From assembly GCA_963740355.1 (NCBI GenBank), contig CAVUDW010000002.1:992001-1056000 (forward strand): a stretch of 64,000 nucleotides of DNA, given 5' to 3'. Position 1 is the stretch's first letter; each line of letters opens with the position of its first letter. The position numbers and the translations under genes are program-made. The notes beneath the pieces are model-generated. The model worked only from the letters and a program-made list of their open reading frames with translations. It did not search any database and was not told the DNA's origin. Below are positions 22,494-32,032 of the stretch, in pieces. Source of the stretch: an uncultured Gemmatimonadaceae bacterium. Lineage in GTDB: Bacteria; Gemmatimonadota; Gemmatimonadetes; Gemmatimonadales; Gemmatimonadaceae.

Positions 22494-24059
22494 ATGGGAC
22501 TTTGGTCACGTAAGAGCGTCACGGACCTGCAGGCGGAAGCCTCGGTCGAGAACGAACACACGCTCAAGCGGTCGCTTGGCGCGCTGAATCTCACGCTGCT
22601 CGGTATCGGTGCCATCATCGGCGCCGGCATCTTCGTGCTCACGGGCAGTGCGGCGGCGCAATACGCCGGGCCGGGCGTCGTCTTCTCGTTCATCATCGCC
22701 GGCTTCGGCTGCTTGTTCGCCGGCCTCTGTTATGCCGAGTTCGCGGCCATGATTCCGGTGGCCGGCAGCGCGTACACGTACGCCTACGCGACCATGGGCG
22801 AGCTGATGGCCTGGATCATCGGCTGGGACCTGATTCTCGAGTATCTGTTCGGTGCGGCAACGGTGGCGGTCGGCTGGTCAGGCTACTTCGTGGCCTTCCT
22901 CACCAAGATGGGCATTCACATCCCGGCGCAGTTCGCCGAAGCGCCATTCGCAGTGGTCGGCACGCACACGCTGGTACCGGCGAAGTTCTGCGTCGACCCG
23001 GCGACTGGCGCCAAGGTCCATGACGCCGCCGGCAAGCTGCTCGACATCGCCAGCTGCGCGGCGCCGTACAACGTGGTGCAGGGTGTCATGAACCTGCCCG
23101 CCGTCATCCTGCTGGTCCTCGTCTCGACGCTGCTGGTGATCGGCATCAAGGAATCGACCCGCTTCAACAACATCATCGTCGTCGTGAAGATGGCGATCGT
23201 GCTGCTGGTGATCGGCTTCGGCTTCAAGTATGTGAACACCGCCAACTGGCACCCGTTCATCCCCGAGAACACGGGTGTGTTCGGTGAGTACGGCTGGAGC
23301 GGTATCCTGCGCGCCTCGGGCGTGGTGTTCTTTGCCTACATCGGGTTCGATGCCGTCTCGACGGCGGCCGGTGAAGCGAAGAACCCGCAGAAGGACATGC
23401 CGATCGGCATGCTGGCGTCGCTGGCCATCTGTACGGTGCTCTACATCGCTATGGCACTCACGATCACGGGTATGGTCAGCTACAAGGACCTGAACGTGCC
23501 GCATCCGATCGACATCGCCGTCTCGCGGTACCCGGCGCTCAACTGGCTCGGCTACTTCGTGGACGTGGGCGCCATTGCCGGCCTCGCCTCCGTGGTGCTG
23601 GTGATGCTCTTCGGGCAGACCCGTGTGTTCTACGCGATGGCACGCGACGGCCTGCTGCCGAACGTGTTCGGCAAGGTGCATCCGAAGTTCCGCACGCCGC
23701 ACATCACGACGATCATCTGCGGCCTGCTGTCGATCTCGGTGGCCGGCATCCTGCCAGTGGGCCTGCTCGGCGAACTGGTCTCGATCGGAACGTTGCTCGC
23801 CTTCGTGCTGGTCTCGATCGGCATCATCGTGCTTCGCAACAAGCAGCCGAACCTTCCCCGCCCGTTCAAGACGCCACTGGTGCCGTTGGTGCCGATCCTT
23901 GGCATCCTGATCTGTGGCGTCCAGATCCTTGGCCTGCCGATCGACACCAAGATGCGCCTGGTCATCTGGCTCGCACTCGGTTTCCTGGTGTATTTCGGAT
24001 ACAGCAAGTCGCATTCAAAGCTTGGGCGCATCGAAGCTGGCCTCAAGCCGCTGGACTGA
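22494..24059 (+). CDS. APC family amino acid permease (CAT/YfnA-like)
   Basis: GAIIGAGIF, GSAYTY, FAYIGFDAVST. Confidence 0.93.
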   Translation: MGLWSRKSVTDLQAEASVENEHTLKRSLGALNLTLLGIGAIIGAGIFVLTGSAAAQYAGPGVVFSFIIAGFGCLFAGLCYAEFAAMIPVAGSAYTYAYATMGELMAWIIGWDLILEYLFGAATVAVGWSGYFVAFLTKMGIHIPAQFAEAPFAVVGTHTLVPAKFCVDPATGAKVHDAAGKLLDIASCAAPYNVVQGVMNLPAVILLVLVSTLLVIGIKESTRFNNIIVVVKMAIVLLVIGFGFKYVNTANWHPFIPENTGVFGEYGWSGILRASGVVFFAYIGFDAVSTAAGEAKNPQKDMPIGMLASLAICTVLYIAMALTITGMVSYKDLNVPHPIDIAVSRYPALNWLGYFVDVGAIAGLASVVLVMLFGQTRVFYAMARDGLLPNVFGKVHPKFRTPHITTIICGLLSISVAGILPVGLLGELVSIGTLLAFVLVSIGIIVLRNKQPNLPRPFKTPLVPLVPILGILICGVQILGLPIDTKMRLVIWLALGFLVYFGYSKSHSKLGRIEAGLKPLD

Positions 24060-24087
24060 GATCGAAGGACGAGAGCTGGACCTGTGA

Positions 24088-24123
24088 AGCGGCGCCCGGA
24101 TCTCCGGGCGCCGCTCTATTTTC
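24088..24123 (+). terminator. Intrinsic terminator of the permease gene
   Basis: AGCGGCGCCCGGA-tc-TCCGGGCGCCGCT followed by CTATTTT. Confidence 0.7.
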
Positions 24124-24131
24124 ATCGAATC

Positions 24132-25214
24132 ATGTACCCCATGCACGACCTTCTTGAAGTACCCGCTGATCGCCGCGAAGCGATACGCACCCTCGCTGCC
24201 GGGCTCACGCCCGGTATGACGGTGGCCCTCTCGACGCACGTCAACAGCGATGGCGACGGCTGTGGCTCCGAAGCCGCGCTGTCTCGATTGCTGGCGCAGC
24301 GCGGCATCACCACGCGCATCGTCAACCCGACGCCGTGGCCGACGATGTTCCGTTTCCTGCTGGGCGGACCGGTGCAGGACTTCAGCGATCAGGGAGCAGC
24401 CGCACTGCGTGACCCGGCCGTGAGCGCGATGCTGGTGGTGGACATCAGCGACGTGAAGCGCCTTGGCACGCTGGCTGACAGCGTGCGCGAGGCGAAGGTC
24501 CCGAGGTTCTGCATCGATCATCACATCCCCAGCGACGAACCGCCGGCAGAAGTGATCGTCGCCGACACCCGTGCCTCGGCCACCGGAGAGTTGGTGTTCG
24601 ACCTCGCGCAGGTGCTCGACCTGCCGATCGACATGGAGACGGCGACCGCGCTCTACATCGCCATCCTCACCGATACCGGCGGTTTCCGCTTCAGCAACAC
24701 CACGCCGCGTGTGCATGCGATCGCCGCGCAGCTGCTGGCGCGTGGCGTCGATCCCGAGCTGATGTACCGTCGCGTGTATGCGTCGCAGAGCCCGGGGCGC
24801 GTACGGCTGCTGGCCGAGGCACTGCAGTCGCTTGGCGTGGAGGAGGCGATTGGCCTGAGCTGGTTGTCGCTCACTGCTGGCGCGAAGGAGCGCTACCACG
24901 TGACCAGCGAGGAGATGGACGGCATCGTCGAACATCCGCGCTCGATTGCCGGCACGCGCCTCGCCGTGTTCTTCCGCGACCTCGGGCACAATCGCGTCAA
25001 GATCAGCTTCCGCAGCTCCGGCAACATCGACGTCAACGCATTGGCGCGACAGTTCGAGGGTGGCGGCCATGCGAAGGCGAGCGGCGCGCTGGTCAACGGC
25101 AGCTTGAAGGATGTGGAAGTTCGGGTGCTGGCTGCAGCGCGTGCAGCGCTCGCGGCCACGCCGCCAGACCAGACACTGCCCGCGCCACGCGCCAGCGGCG
25201 CGGTCATGGAGTGA
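24132..25214 (+). CDS. nrnA: DHH/DHHA1 phosphoesterase (NrnA-like oligoribonuclease/PAP phosphatase)
   Basis: HVNSDGDG, IDHH, TDTGGF, SFRS, GGGHAKASG. Confidence 0.88.
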   Translation: MYPMHDLLEVPADRREAIRTLAAGLTPGMTVALSTHVNSDGDGCGSEAALSRLLAQRGITTRIVNPTPWPTMFRFLLGGPVQDFSDQGAAALRDPAVSAMLVVDISDVKRLGTLADSVREAKVPRFCIDHHIPSDEPPAEVIVADTRASATGELVFDLAQVLDLPIDMETATALYIAILTDTGGFRFSNTTPRVHAIAAQLLARGVDPELMYRRVYASQSPGRVRLLAEALQSLGVEEAIGLSWLSLTAGAKERYHVTSEEMDGIVEHPRSIAGTRLAVFFRDLGHNRVKISFRSSGNIDVNALARQFEGGGHAKASGALVNGSLKDVEVRVLAAARAALAATPPDQTLPAPRASGAVME

Positions 25215-25227
25215 GGCACATCGTCGC

Positions 25228-26973
25228 ATGACGGAGTTTGCCGCCGCACTGCTGCTGGCGCTGATCGCGCTCGGTGGTGCGGGGTATTGCTCATGGCTGT
25301 ATTCGCGATTCCGCAAGCCGTACTACGCCTGGTGGTCGGCGAGCTGGGGATTGTACGCCGTGCGCGTCGGCATCATCATCGGCTTCATCCGCACGCAGCA
25401 AAGCGGGTGGCTGTTCTGGCACCAGGTGCTCACGGGCTGGACGGCGCTGGGCTTTCTCGCGGCCAGCATCAGCTTCGCACGCGGATTGCGCTGGACACCG
25501 AAGCTGGCACTGATCGCACTCTTCCCGGTGGTGTGGAGTTACATCGCGATCTTTGCGATGCAGAACTTCCTGCTGGCGGTCGTGCCGGCGATTGCATTCC
25601 TCAGCGCCGCGACCCTGATCACCGGCATCAGCTTCGCGCGACATGCGCAGCGCACTGGTTCGCCGGGGGCGTGGACCCTCGCCGGTGCATTCACGCTGTG
25701 GGCCGTGCACCATCTCGATTATCCGATGTTGCGCGCGCGTGGTGCATGGGTGCCGTGGGGATACTACCTCGACATCCTCTTCATCCTTGCAGTGCTGAGT
25801 GGCATCGCACTGCTCGTGATCGACGACCTGCGGCGTGGCGTCGAAGCGTTGGCGCGCCTGTCTGCCGACGTGCAGGCGAGCGCCCGCGGTGATGATGTCG
25901 TCGCCGCACTCCTGCAGCGCCCACTCCGCCTGCGCGGTGTGAGTGGCACTGCCTTGTTCGATGTCACCGCATCGACCGTGATCGATGGCGCGGGCAAGGC
26001 GCAGTCATGGCGTGGCGCCGCACTCCCGCCGGCGATTGCGGCGGTGGTGGCGCAGGCCGTACGCGATGGGCGCAGTGCCAGTGCCGCCACACACGCTGGC
26101 GCCGGCGGAGAACGTTTCGTCGCTGCGCTGCCCATCTATCGCGACACGAGCATCACCCACGTGCTGGTCCTGACGGGCGATGTCCGCGATCCCTTCAGCG
26201 CGCTCGACGAAGAGTTCCTGCGAGCGCTGGGGCGCCAGGTGGGCAGCGCACTGCAACAGGCGGAACTCACCTCGCAACTCGAGGAACGGACCGGCGAACT
26301 GGCGCGTCTTTCTTCTCGGCTGGTGGAGCAACACGAGGACGAGCGAAAGCGGCTCGCACGCGAACTGCACGACGAGACGGGGCAGCTCTTCAGCGCGATG
26401 CGCATGGAAGTCGGCGCGCTGCAGGGCGTGCAGGGCGCCGGCGATGTGGCGGCGCGCATGGACGCGCTGGTCACTGCGGGCCTCACCAGCCTGCGACGGG
26501 TGACCGCGGCGCTGCGCCCCTCATTGCTCGACGACCTCGGGTTGCTCAGTGCCATCCGGTCGCTGGTGGCGCAGGTGTCGCGCGAGGGGCAGGTACGGGC
26601 TGTGTTGCACGCACCTGAGGCGATGTCACCGTTGCCGCGTGATCGGGAACTGGCGCTCTTCCGCGCGGTTCAGGAAGGCATCACGAATGTGTTGCGGCAT
26701 GCGCGCGCGACCGAGATGCAGGTGACGATCGACGTGCAAGGCGACAATGTGATGCTGACCGTGGACGATGATGGTATCGGCCCGCCAACGCGGGCCTTTC
26801 TGACGGAGCAGGAACGGGGAGGACATGTGGGACTGGTTGGCATGCGGGAACGACTGGTGGCGCTTGGGGGACGCGTGAGCCTCGAACCCTCACCGCTTGG
26901 TGGGTCGCGACTGGCCGTGACGCTCGGCACCACGATCATGCCGCCGGCGGCCACATCGACGGTGGCATCATGA
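25228..26973 (+). CDS. Sensor histidine kinase (multi-TM, GAF-like, HisKA_3, HATPase)
   Basis: ERKRLARELHDETGQ, EGITNVLRH, DDGIG, GLVGMRER. Confidence 0.92.
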   Translation: MTEFAAALLLALIALGGAGYCSWLYSRFRKPYYAWWSASWGLYAVRVGIIIGFIRTQQSGWLFWHQVLTGWTALGFLAASISFARGLRWTPKLALIALFPVVWSYIAIFAMQNFLLAVVPAIAFLSAATLITGISFARHAQRTGSPGAWTLAGAFTLWAVHHLDYPMLRARGAWVPWGYYLDILFILAVLSGIALLVIDDLRRGVEALARLSADVQASARGDDVVAALLQRPLRLRGVSGTALFDVTASTVIDGAGKAQSWRGAALPPAIAAVVAQAVRDGRSASAATHAGAGGERFVAALPIYRDTSITHVLVLTGDVRDPFSALDEEFLRALGRQVGSALQQAELTSQLEERTGELARLSSRLVEQHEDERKRLARELHDETGQLFSAMRMEVGALQGVQGAGDVAARMDALVTAGLTSLRRVTAALRPSLLDDLGLLSAIRSLVAQVSREGQVRAVLHAPEAMSPLPRDRELALFRAVQEGITNVLRHARATEMQVTIDVQGDNVMLTVDDDGIGPPTRAFLTEQERGGHVGLVGMRERLVALGGRVSLEPSPLGGSRLAVTLGTTIMPPAATSTVAS

Positions 26974-27623
26974 GCGGACTGGCGCCGTTGCGCGTGCTGG
27001 TGGTCGATGACCATCCGATCGTGCGCGAGGGGGTGCGTCGCATTCTCGAGGCAGCGCCCGACATGCAGGTGGTCGGGGAGGCGAGCGACGGGGCGAGCGC
27101 GCTGGCGTTGGCCGCACGACTGCTGCCCGATGCGGCCGTCGTCGATGTCGGACTGCCCGACATGTCCGGGCTGGCGCTGGTGCGCCTGCTGAAGGATCAG
27201 CGCGCCGAGCTGACGGTGGTGATGCTGAGCATGTACGACGACGCCGAGTACGCGCGTGAGAGCCGTCTGGCGGGGGCGAGCGCGTACGTGGTGAAGGACA
27301 GTGCGGCTACGATGCTGGCCACGCAGCTGCGCCTCGCCGTGAGCGGCACGCGCGGTGGTGTCGCACCGCTCCCGAACGACGAACCCGCCGGGCCAACGCC
27401 GTGGGAGCGCATCGCGCAGCTCACCCCGCGCGAGTGTGATGTGTTACGCGGCATCGCGTCGGGGCAGACGAACAAGGCCATCGCCGCGTCGCTTGGGATC
27501 AGTCCCCGCACGGTCGAGACGCATCGCGAACGGCTGATGCGCAAACTGGGCGTCGGCACGGTGGCTGGGCTGACGGCGCTGGCGCTGGAGACGGGAATGC
27601 TGACGGCGCCTGACCGGTCGTGA
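26970..27623 (+). CDS. NarL/LuxR family response regulator
   Basis: VVDDH receiver domain; LTPRE..GQTNKAIA..ISPRTVETH. Confidence 0.94.
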   Translation: MSGLAPLRVLVVDDHPIVREGVRRILEAAPDMQVVGEASDGASALALAARLLPDAAVVDVGLPDMSGLALVRLLKDQRAELTVVMLSMYDDAEYARESRLAGASAYVVKDSAATMLATQLRLAVSGTRGGVAPLPNDEPAGPTPWERIAQLTPRECDVLRGIASGQTNKAIAASLGISPRTVETHRERLMRKLGVGTVAGLTALALETGMLTAPDRS

Positions 27624-27660
27624 CCGGGCAGGCGCCGTAGAGAACGCGATCAGGTGGGCG

Positions 27661-27709
27661 TCAGGCTGAATGGCTCAGGCTGAGCGGCTCACGTTGAAGG
27701 GCTCAGGCG
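27661..27709. repeat. Degenerate 14-bp tandem repeat (TCAGGCTGAnnGGC) x3.5
   Basis: Units at 27661, 27675, 27689, 27703. Confidence 0.7.
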
Positions 27710-28314
27710 TCGACGGGAAATCCGCCGGTGCCTTCCTTCTTCGCTTCCTTCTTGGCGTCCAGGCCATCGATCGAGCGCAGGTTCGGGCGTGACGGCTCTC
27801 GTGTGCCGACCATCAGCATCTGCTCCTGCGGTGATTCCTTGCCGACCGTGCGCACGGTGCCCTGGCTCTTCAGCACCTTGCCCATCGTCAGCCCGAGCCA
27901 GACGAACAGCGTCGAGACCATCACGCCGACCAACCCGGCCCGCATGGACACCTTCATGAACTGGCCCTTCATGTTCTGGTTCAGCTGCGGCCGGATCTGC
28001 ACGGCGTCGAGCGCGAACAACCCCAGCAGCACAAGCGTGGCGACGCCGATGAGGAGCGAGAGCCAGCGGAGGAAGTGCAGCGTCTTGCGGTCGCCATTCA
28101 TGAAGGCGGCCAGGTGGATCATCGCCATCGGCACGATGGACGACAGCAGCACGTCCATGAACAGGCCGGTCGAACCCACGCGCCAGTTCAGCTCGGACGC
28201 GCGAAAGGGCCAGGTCGTGATCGTGAACTGTGCAAAGAAATTCAAAATCAGCACCGCAGCGGCGAAGTACAGCACGCTGCCAAGCATACGGAGCTGAGTG
28301 GTCGACAAGTTCAT
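27703..28314 (-). CDS. Hypothetical 4-TM membrane protein
   Basis: Four hydrophobic segments; GC3-biased codons. Confidence 0.7.
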   Translation of the reverse strand: MNLSTTQLRMLGSVLYFAAAVLILNFFAQFTITTWPFRASELNWRVGSTGLFMDVLLSSIVPMAMIHLAAFMNGDRKTLHFLRWLSLLIGVATLVLLGLFALDAVQIRPQLNQNMKGQFMKVSMRAGLVGVMVSTLFVWLGLTMGKVLKSQGTVRTVGKESPQEQMLMVGTREPSRPNLRSIDGLDAKKEAKKEGTGGFPVDA

Positions 28315-28653
28315 GCAAGCCTCGAGAAAGTGCCGGGGCACCCCACTCCAGCGGCGGAGTCGGGCGCGGGTCGGCGAGCTATGGTAGTCTCGCCCGCGTA
28401 CTGGGGTGGCGCAAGCGAGTTCCTACGTCATGTTACCGACGCAATTACGTAACCCTACGTCTCACAACGGGTTGGCGGATCGCTCCGGTTGCAATTTCCA
28501 TCCCGAAGACGACTCTGTCGCATACCTGCAACACTGGGGCCAGTGGCTATCTTGCCACAGTTCGTACCGCCGCCTGGATCGCCCGTCGTTCGCCGATCGT
28601 TCGCGAAACACCTGCGCCGGCTGCCCCAATTTTCGCCTTCGTCGCCCGTTTCC

Positions 28654-29766
28654 GTGTCGTTGACACCGCAAATCACTACCGCGCTCAGCCGCGTTCAGAA
28701 CGCCCGTCTCGGGACCGATGTGATGTCGGCCGAGATGGTCCAGGACATCGCCACCACCGTGGATGGCAAGGTGCAATTCACGCTCCTGCTCGACAGTCGT
28801 GACGACGCGGCACTGGTGCGTGATGTTCGCCAGGCCGTCGTCGAGATCACGGGGGTGACGGACGTGAAGGTCAACGTTCGTGATCCGCGGCAGCAGGCAC
28901 CGACGCCCGCACGCCAGGGCCGCGCCCTCCCGCTGGCGCCTGACGCCGCCCCGGCACCGACACCACGCGTGGCAGCACCAACTCCGGTGGCGTTGCCGAA
29001 CCTCGGGAAAATCCTCGCTGTCAGTTCGGGCAAGGGTGGCGTCGGCAAGAGCACCGTCAGCGTCAACCTCGCCATCGCCCTGGCCAAGCTGGGCTATCGC
29101 GTGGGATTGATGGACGCCGACATCTATGGGCCGAACATTCCGCTCATGATGGGGCTCGATCAGCAGCCCGAAGTGAACAAGCAGTCGAAGATCATTCCCC
29201 TTGAAGCCTACGGCGTGAAGTTGATCTCGCTCGGCTTCCTGATCGAGAAGGACCAGCCGGCGATCTGGCGCGGGCCGATCGTGATGAAGCTGATCGGACA
29301 GTTCCTCAAGGATGTCGACTGGGGGCAACTCGACTACTTCATCGTCGACATGCCGCCAGGCACTGGTGATGCGCAGCTGTCGCTGGTGCAGACGACGCTC
29401 GTCAGCGCTGCACTGATCGTGACCACACCGCAGCAGGTCTCCACCGGTGATGCATTGCGCGGCGTGAAGATGTTCGAGCGTGTCGCGGTGCCCGTGCTCG
29501 GAATTGTGGAGAACATGAGCTGGTTCGAAAATCCCGAGACGGGGAAGCCGATCGCGATGTTCGGCAGCGGCGGTGGCCAGCAGCTGGCCACACAGGTCGG
29601 TCTCGAGTTGCTGGCGCAAATCCCCATCGATCCGCGCATTGCGGAAGGCGGAGATAGCGGCCGACCGCTGGTGGCCGTTGAGCCCACGGCACCGGCATCG
29701 AAGGTGATCACGGCACTCGCATTGCGCGTTGTGGATGGCATGAACGCGATCGCCGCACGGGGTTGA
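28654..29766 (+). CDS. mrp: Mrp/NBP35 (ApbC) Fe-S cluster carrier ATPase
   Basis: SGKGGVGKST, DADIYGP, WRGP, DMPPGTGD, ENMS; start GTG 28654 or TTG 28660. Confidence 0.93.
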   Translation: MSLTPQITTALSRVQNARLGTDVMSAEMVQDIATTVDGKVQFTLLLDSRDDAALVRDVRQAVVEITGVTDVKVNVRDPRQQAPTPARQGRALPLAPDAAPAPTPRVAAPTPVALPNLGKILAVSSGKGGVGKSTVSVNLAIALAKLGYRVGLMDADIYGPNIPLMMGLDQQPEVNKQSKIIPLEAYGVKLISLGFLIEKDQPAIWRGPIVMKLIGQFLKDVDWGQLDYFIVDMPPGTGDAQLSLVQTTLVSAALIVTTPQQVSTGDALRGVKMFERVAVPVLGIVENMSWFENPETGKPIAMFGSGGGQQLATQVGLELLAQIPIDPRIAEGGDSGRPLVAVEPTAPASKVITALALRVVDGMNAIAARG

Positions 29767-31115
29767 GCATCACGGCGTCGCGTGCCGGTGGCGCGGATGT
29801 GAACCTTGCCGAGGATGCGCTGCTGCGCGTCGTCGTGCGTGTCGGCGTGCCGGCCGTCGCCAGCGCGCTGCTGCTGACGGCCTTCGTCTCGCTCGACTCG
29901 GCATGGGTCGGGCACTTCGTTGGTGCAGCTGGGCTGGCGGCGGTCAGCACATCGATCTTCTACATCTGGATCATCGTCTCACTGGCTGAAATGGTGAGCG
30001 TGGGGCTGACTGCCGTGGCGGCGCGTCGCCACGGTGAGCGGCGCGACGGCGAGGCAGCGCGTGCGGTCGGTGATGCACTGCTGTTCGCGTTCGCACTTGG
30101 TGTGGTCACGGCGATCGCTGGACACCTGTTGTTGCCGCACCTGTTCGAGCTGATGGAAACGCCTGCCGAAGTGACGGCACTCGGCATGCGCTATCTCGGG
30201 ACATACCTGGCTGGTGCGCCGCTGATCTTCGGCTACTTCGTGGTCGATGCTGCGTTTCGGGCGGCGGGCAACACGCGGTTGCCGTTCATCATGCTGTTGT
30301 GCGCCACGATCATTGCGGCGATCCTCGACCCGATCCTGATCACGGGCTGGGGACCATTTCCGGAGCTTGGGATTCGCGGCGCCGCGGTGGCGACGCTCTG
30401 TGTGCGCGGCTCACTCTGCGTGGTTGGCACAATGATGCTCCGGCGACGAGAGTTGGTGTCGTTCGGCAGCATCGACTGGTCACGCATCGGCACGATCGTG
30501 CGGGTCGGCCTGCCGACTGCCGCCACCGGTGTGATCTTCTCGCTGATCTACGTCGTGATGACGCGTACGACGCAGCAGTTCGGCACACCGGCGCTCGCCG
30601 CGCTCGGCCTCGGCCACCGGATCGAGAGCTGGATGTACATGATCGGCGTGGGGTTTGGCGCAGCGGCCGCCGCCATCGTGGGACAGAATCTCGGCGCCGG
30701 CCAGCCGGATCGCGCGGCCCGCGCAGGGTGGCTGACGCTGGCGATGACCGGCGTGCCGGGTGTGATCGCGTGCGTCGCGCTGCTCTCCATTCCAGATCGA
30801 CTGGCGGGCCTCTTCTCGACCGATCTGGCGGTGATCGCGGAAGCGTCGCGCTACCTGCACACCGCCGCCTACGCGCAGCTGATCGTGAGTGGCGAGACGG
30901 TGCTCGAAGGCGCGCTGGGCGGCGCGGGATGGACGTTGCCGCCGATGATCACGTCGACGGCCATCACGTTCGCCCGTGTCCCACTCGCGGCCTGGGCGGC
31001 ATCACAGTGGGGCACCACCGGGATCTGGTGGGTGATCTCACTCACTGCGATCGCGCGCGCGCTGGCGATGGTCGCACTGTGGGCGTCTGGCGGCTGGCGA
31101 CGCGCGACGGTCTAG
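29763..31115 (+). CDS. MATE family efflux transporter
   Basis: About 12 TM; ILDPILI, LGIRGAAVAT, VGQNLGAG. Confidence 0.9.
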   Translation: MSITASRAGGADVNLAEDALLRVVVRVGVPAVASALLLTAFVSLDSAWVGHFVGAAGLAAVSTSIFYIWIIVSLAEMVSVGLTAVAARRHGERRDGEAARAVGDALLFAFALGVVTAIAGHLLLPHLFELMETPAEVTALGMRYLGTYLAGAPLIFGYFVVDAAFRAAGNTRLPFIMLLCATIIAAILDPILITGWGPFPELGIRGAAVATLCVRGSLCVVGTMMLRRRELVSFGSIDWSRIGTIVRVGLPTAATGVIFSLIYVVMTRTTQQFGTPALAALGLGHRIESWMYMIGVGFGAAAAAIVGQNLGAGQPDRAARAGWLTLAMTGVPGVIACVALLSIPDRLAGLFSTDLAVIAEASRYLHTAAYAQLIVSGETVLEGALGGAGWTLPPMITSTAITFARVPLAAWAASQWGTTGIWWVISLTAIARALAMVALWASGGWRRATV

Positions 31116-31157
31116 GCGCGGGTTGCGACGCGCTCTCGCGTCGTCCGATGCGTACGC

Positions 31158-31186
31158 CAGCGAACAACTCAGCGAACAACTCAGCG
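31158..31186. repeat. 12-bp tandem duplication CAGCGAACAACT overlapping a stop codon
   Basis: Units at 31158 and 31170, plus a partial copy. Confidence 0.8.
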
Positions 31187-32032
31187 CTGCACCAGTTCGA
31201 CCTTGCCGAACATCGACTTCACCACGATGCGAACCTTGACTGCTGCCGTGGCGAAGTTGGCGCTGCGCCAGGCACCGTTCGACTTGGTGAACGCGCCGTC
31301 GAACGACTCACGTGCCAGAAGGCCGGGCGACTGCAGTTCGATGCCGATCGTTGGTGGTGCCGTGATGCGGACATCGCCGATGGAGCTGGTCACGACCACC
31401 TGCATGTCGCGGAGCCAGCGTCCACCGAGATCGAGCGACAGGTCACCGATGTCGCCGGCGATTCGTGCTTCGCTGGCGCCGGCGTTGCCGAGCCCGATGA
31501 GTTTCAGCCCGCCAGCACCGACGCTGGCGTCGAACACCGACATCGATTCGGGGTTCGGTGCATCGAAACGCACTGTCGCTGCCGCAGCACCCGTGTTGAG
31601 CGAGAAGCGGCGCAGCGGAAGACCGGTGAGGTCGAGGGTCGCGTCAGCCGCCGTGGCGTCGATGGTGAGTTCTAGCGGCGCGCGGCGCGTGAGTTGCACG
31701 CGCCAGTCCTGCACCGATTCATCGTCGGAACCGTCGCCGTTGCGCGTAGCCGGGCCGCCACCGCGCTGCCCCGCCGTCAGCGTGAGCGTGCGCTGCGCGC
31801 CGTTCCATGCGGAGGTCGGTGCGCTGAATGCATCGCCGAACCGCGAGATGCTGCGATAGAGATACGGCGCATCACTGGCTCCGACGCTGAGCGTGCCCGT
31901 GCCAAGCAGGAGGCGCACAGCCACTGGGCTCGAGTCGTTCAGCAACCGCGCGGATTCGAGTGTGCGGACGTGTTGCGCTGAAACAGGGACGGTGACGGCA
32001 ACTGCGGCCAACAGCATGGCAATCGCCTTCAT
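31181..32032 (-). CDS. Secreted beta-solenoid (toast-rack / DUF2154 / LiaF-like) envelope protein
   Basis: Signal peptide; repeated GIGDLSLDL / SIGDVRI / MFGKVEL units. Confidence 0.65.
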   Translation of the reverse strand: MKAIAMLLAAVAVTVPVSAQHVRTLESARLLNDSSPVAVRLLLGTGTLSVGASDAPYLYRSISRFGDAFSAPTSAWNGAQRTLTLTAGQRGGGPATRNGDGSDDESVQDWRVQLTRRAPLELTIDATAADATLDLTGLPLRRFSLNTGAAAATVRFDAPNPESMSVFDASVGAGGLKLIGLGNAGASEARIAGDIGDLSLDLGGRWLRDMQVVVTSSIGDVRITAPPTIGIELQSPGLLARESFDGAFTKSNGAWRSANFATAAVKVRIVVKSMFGKVELVQR

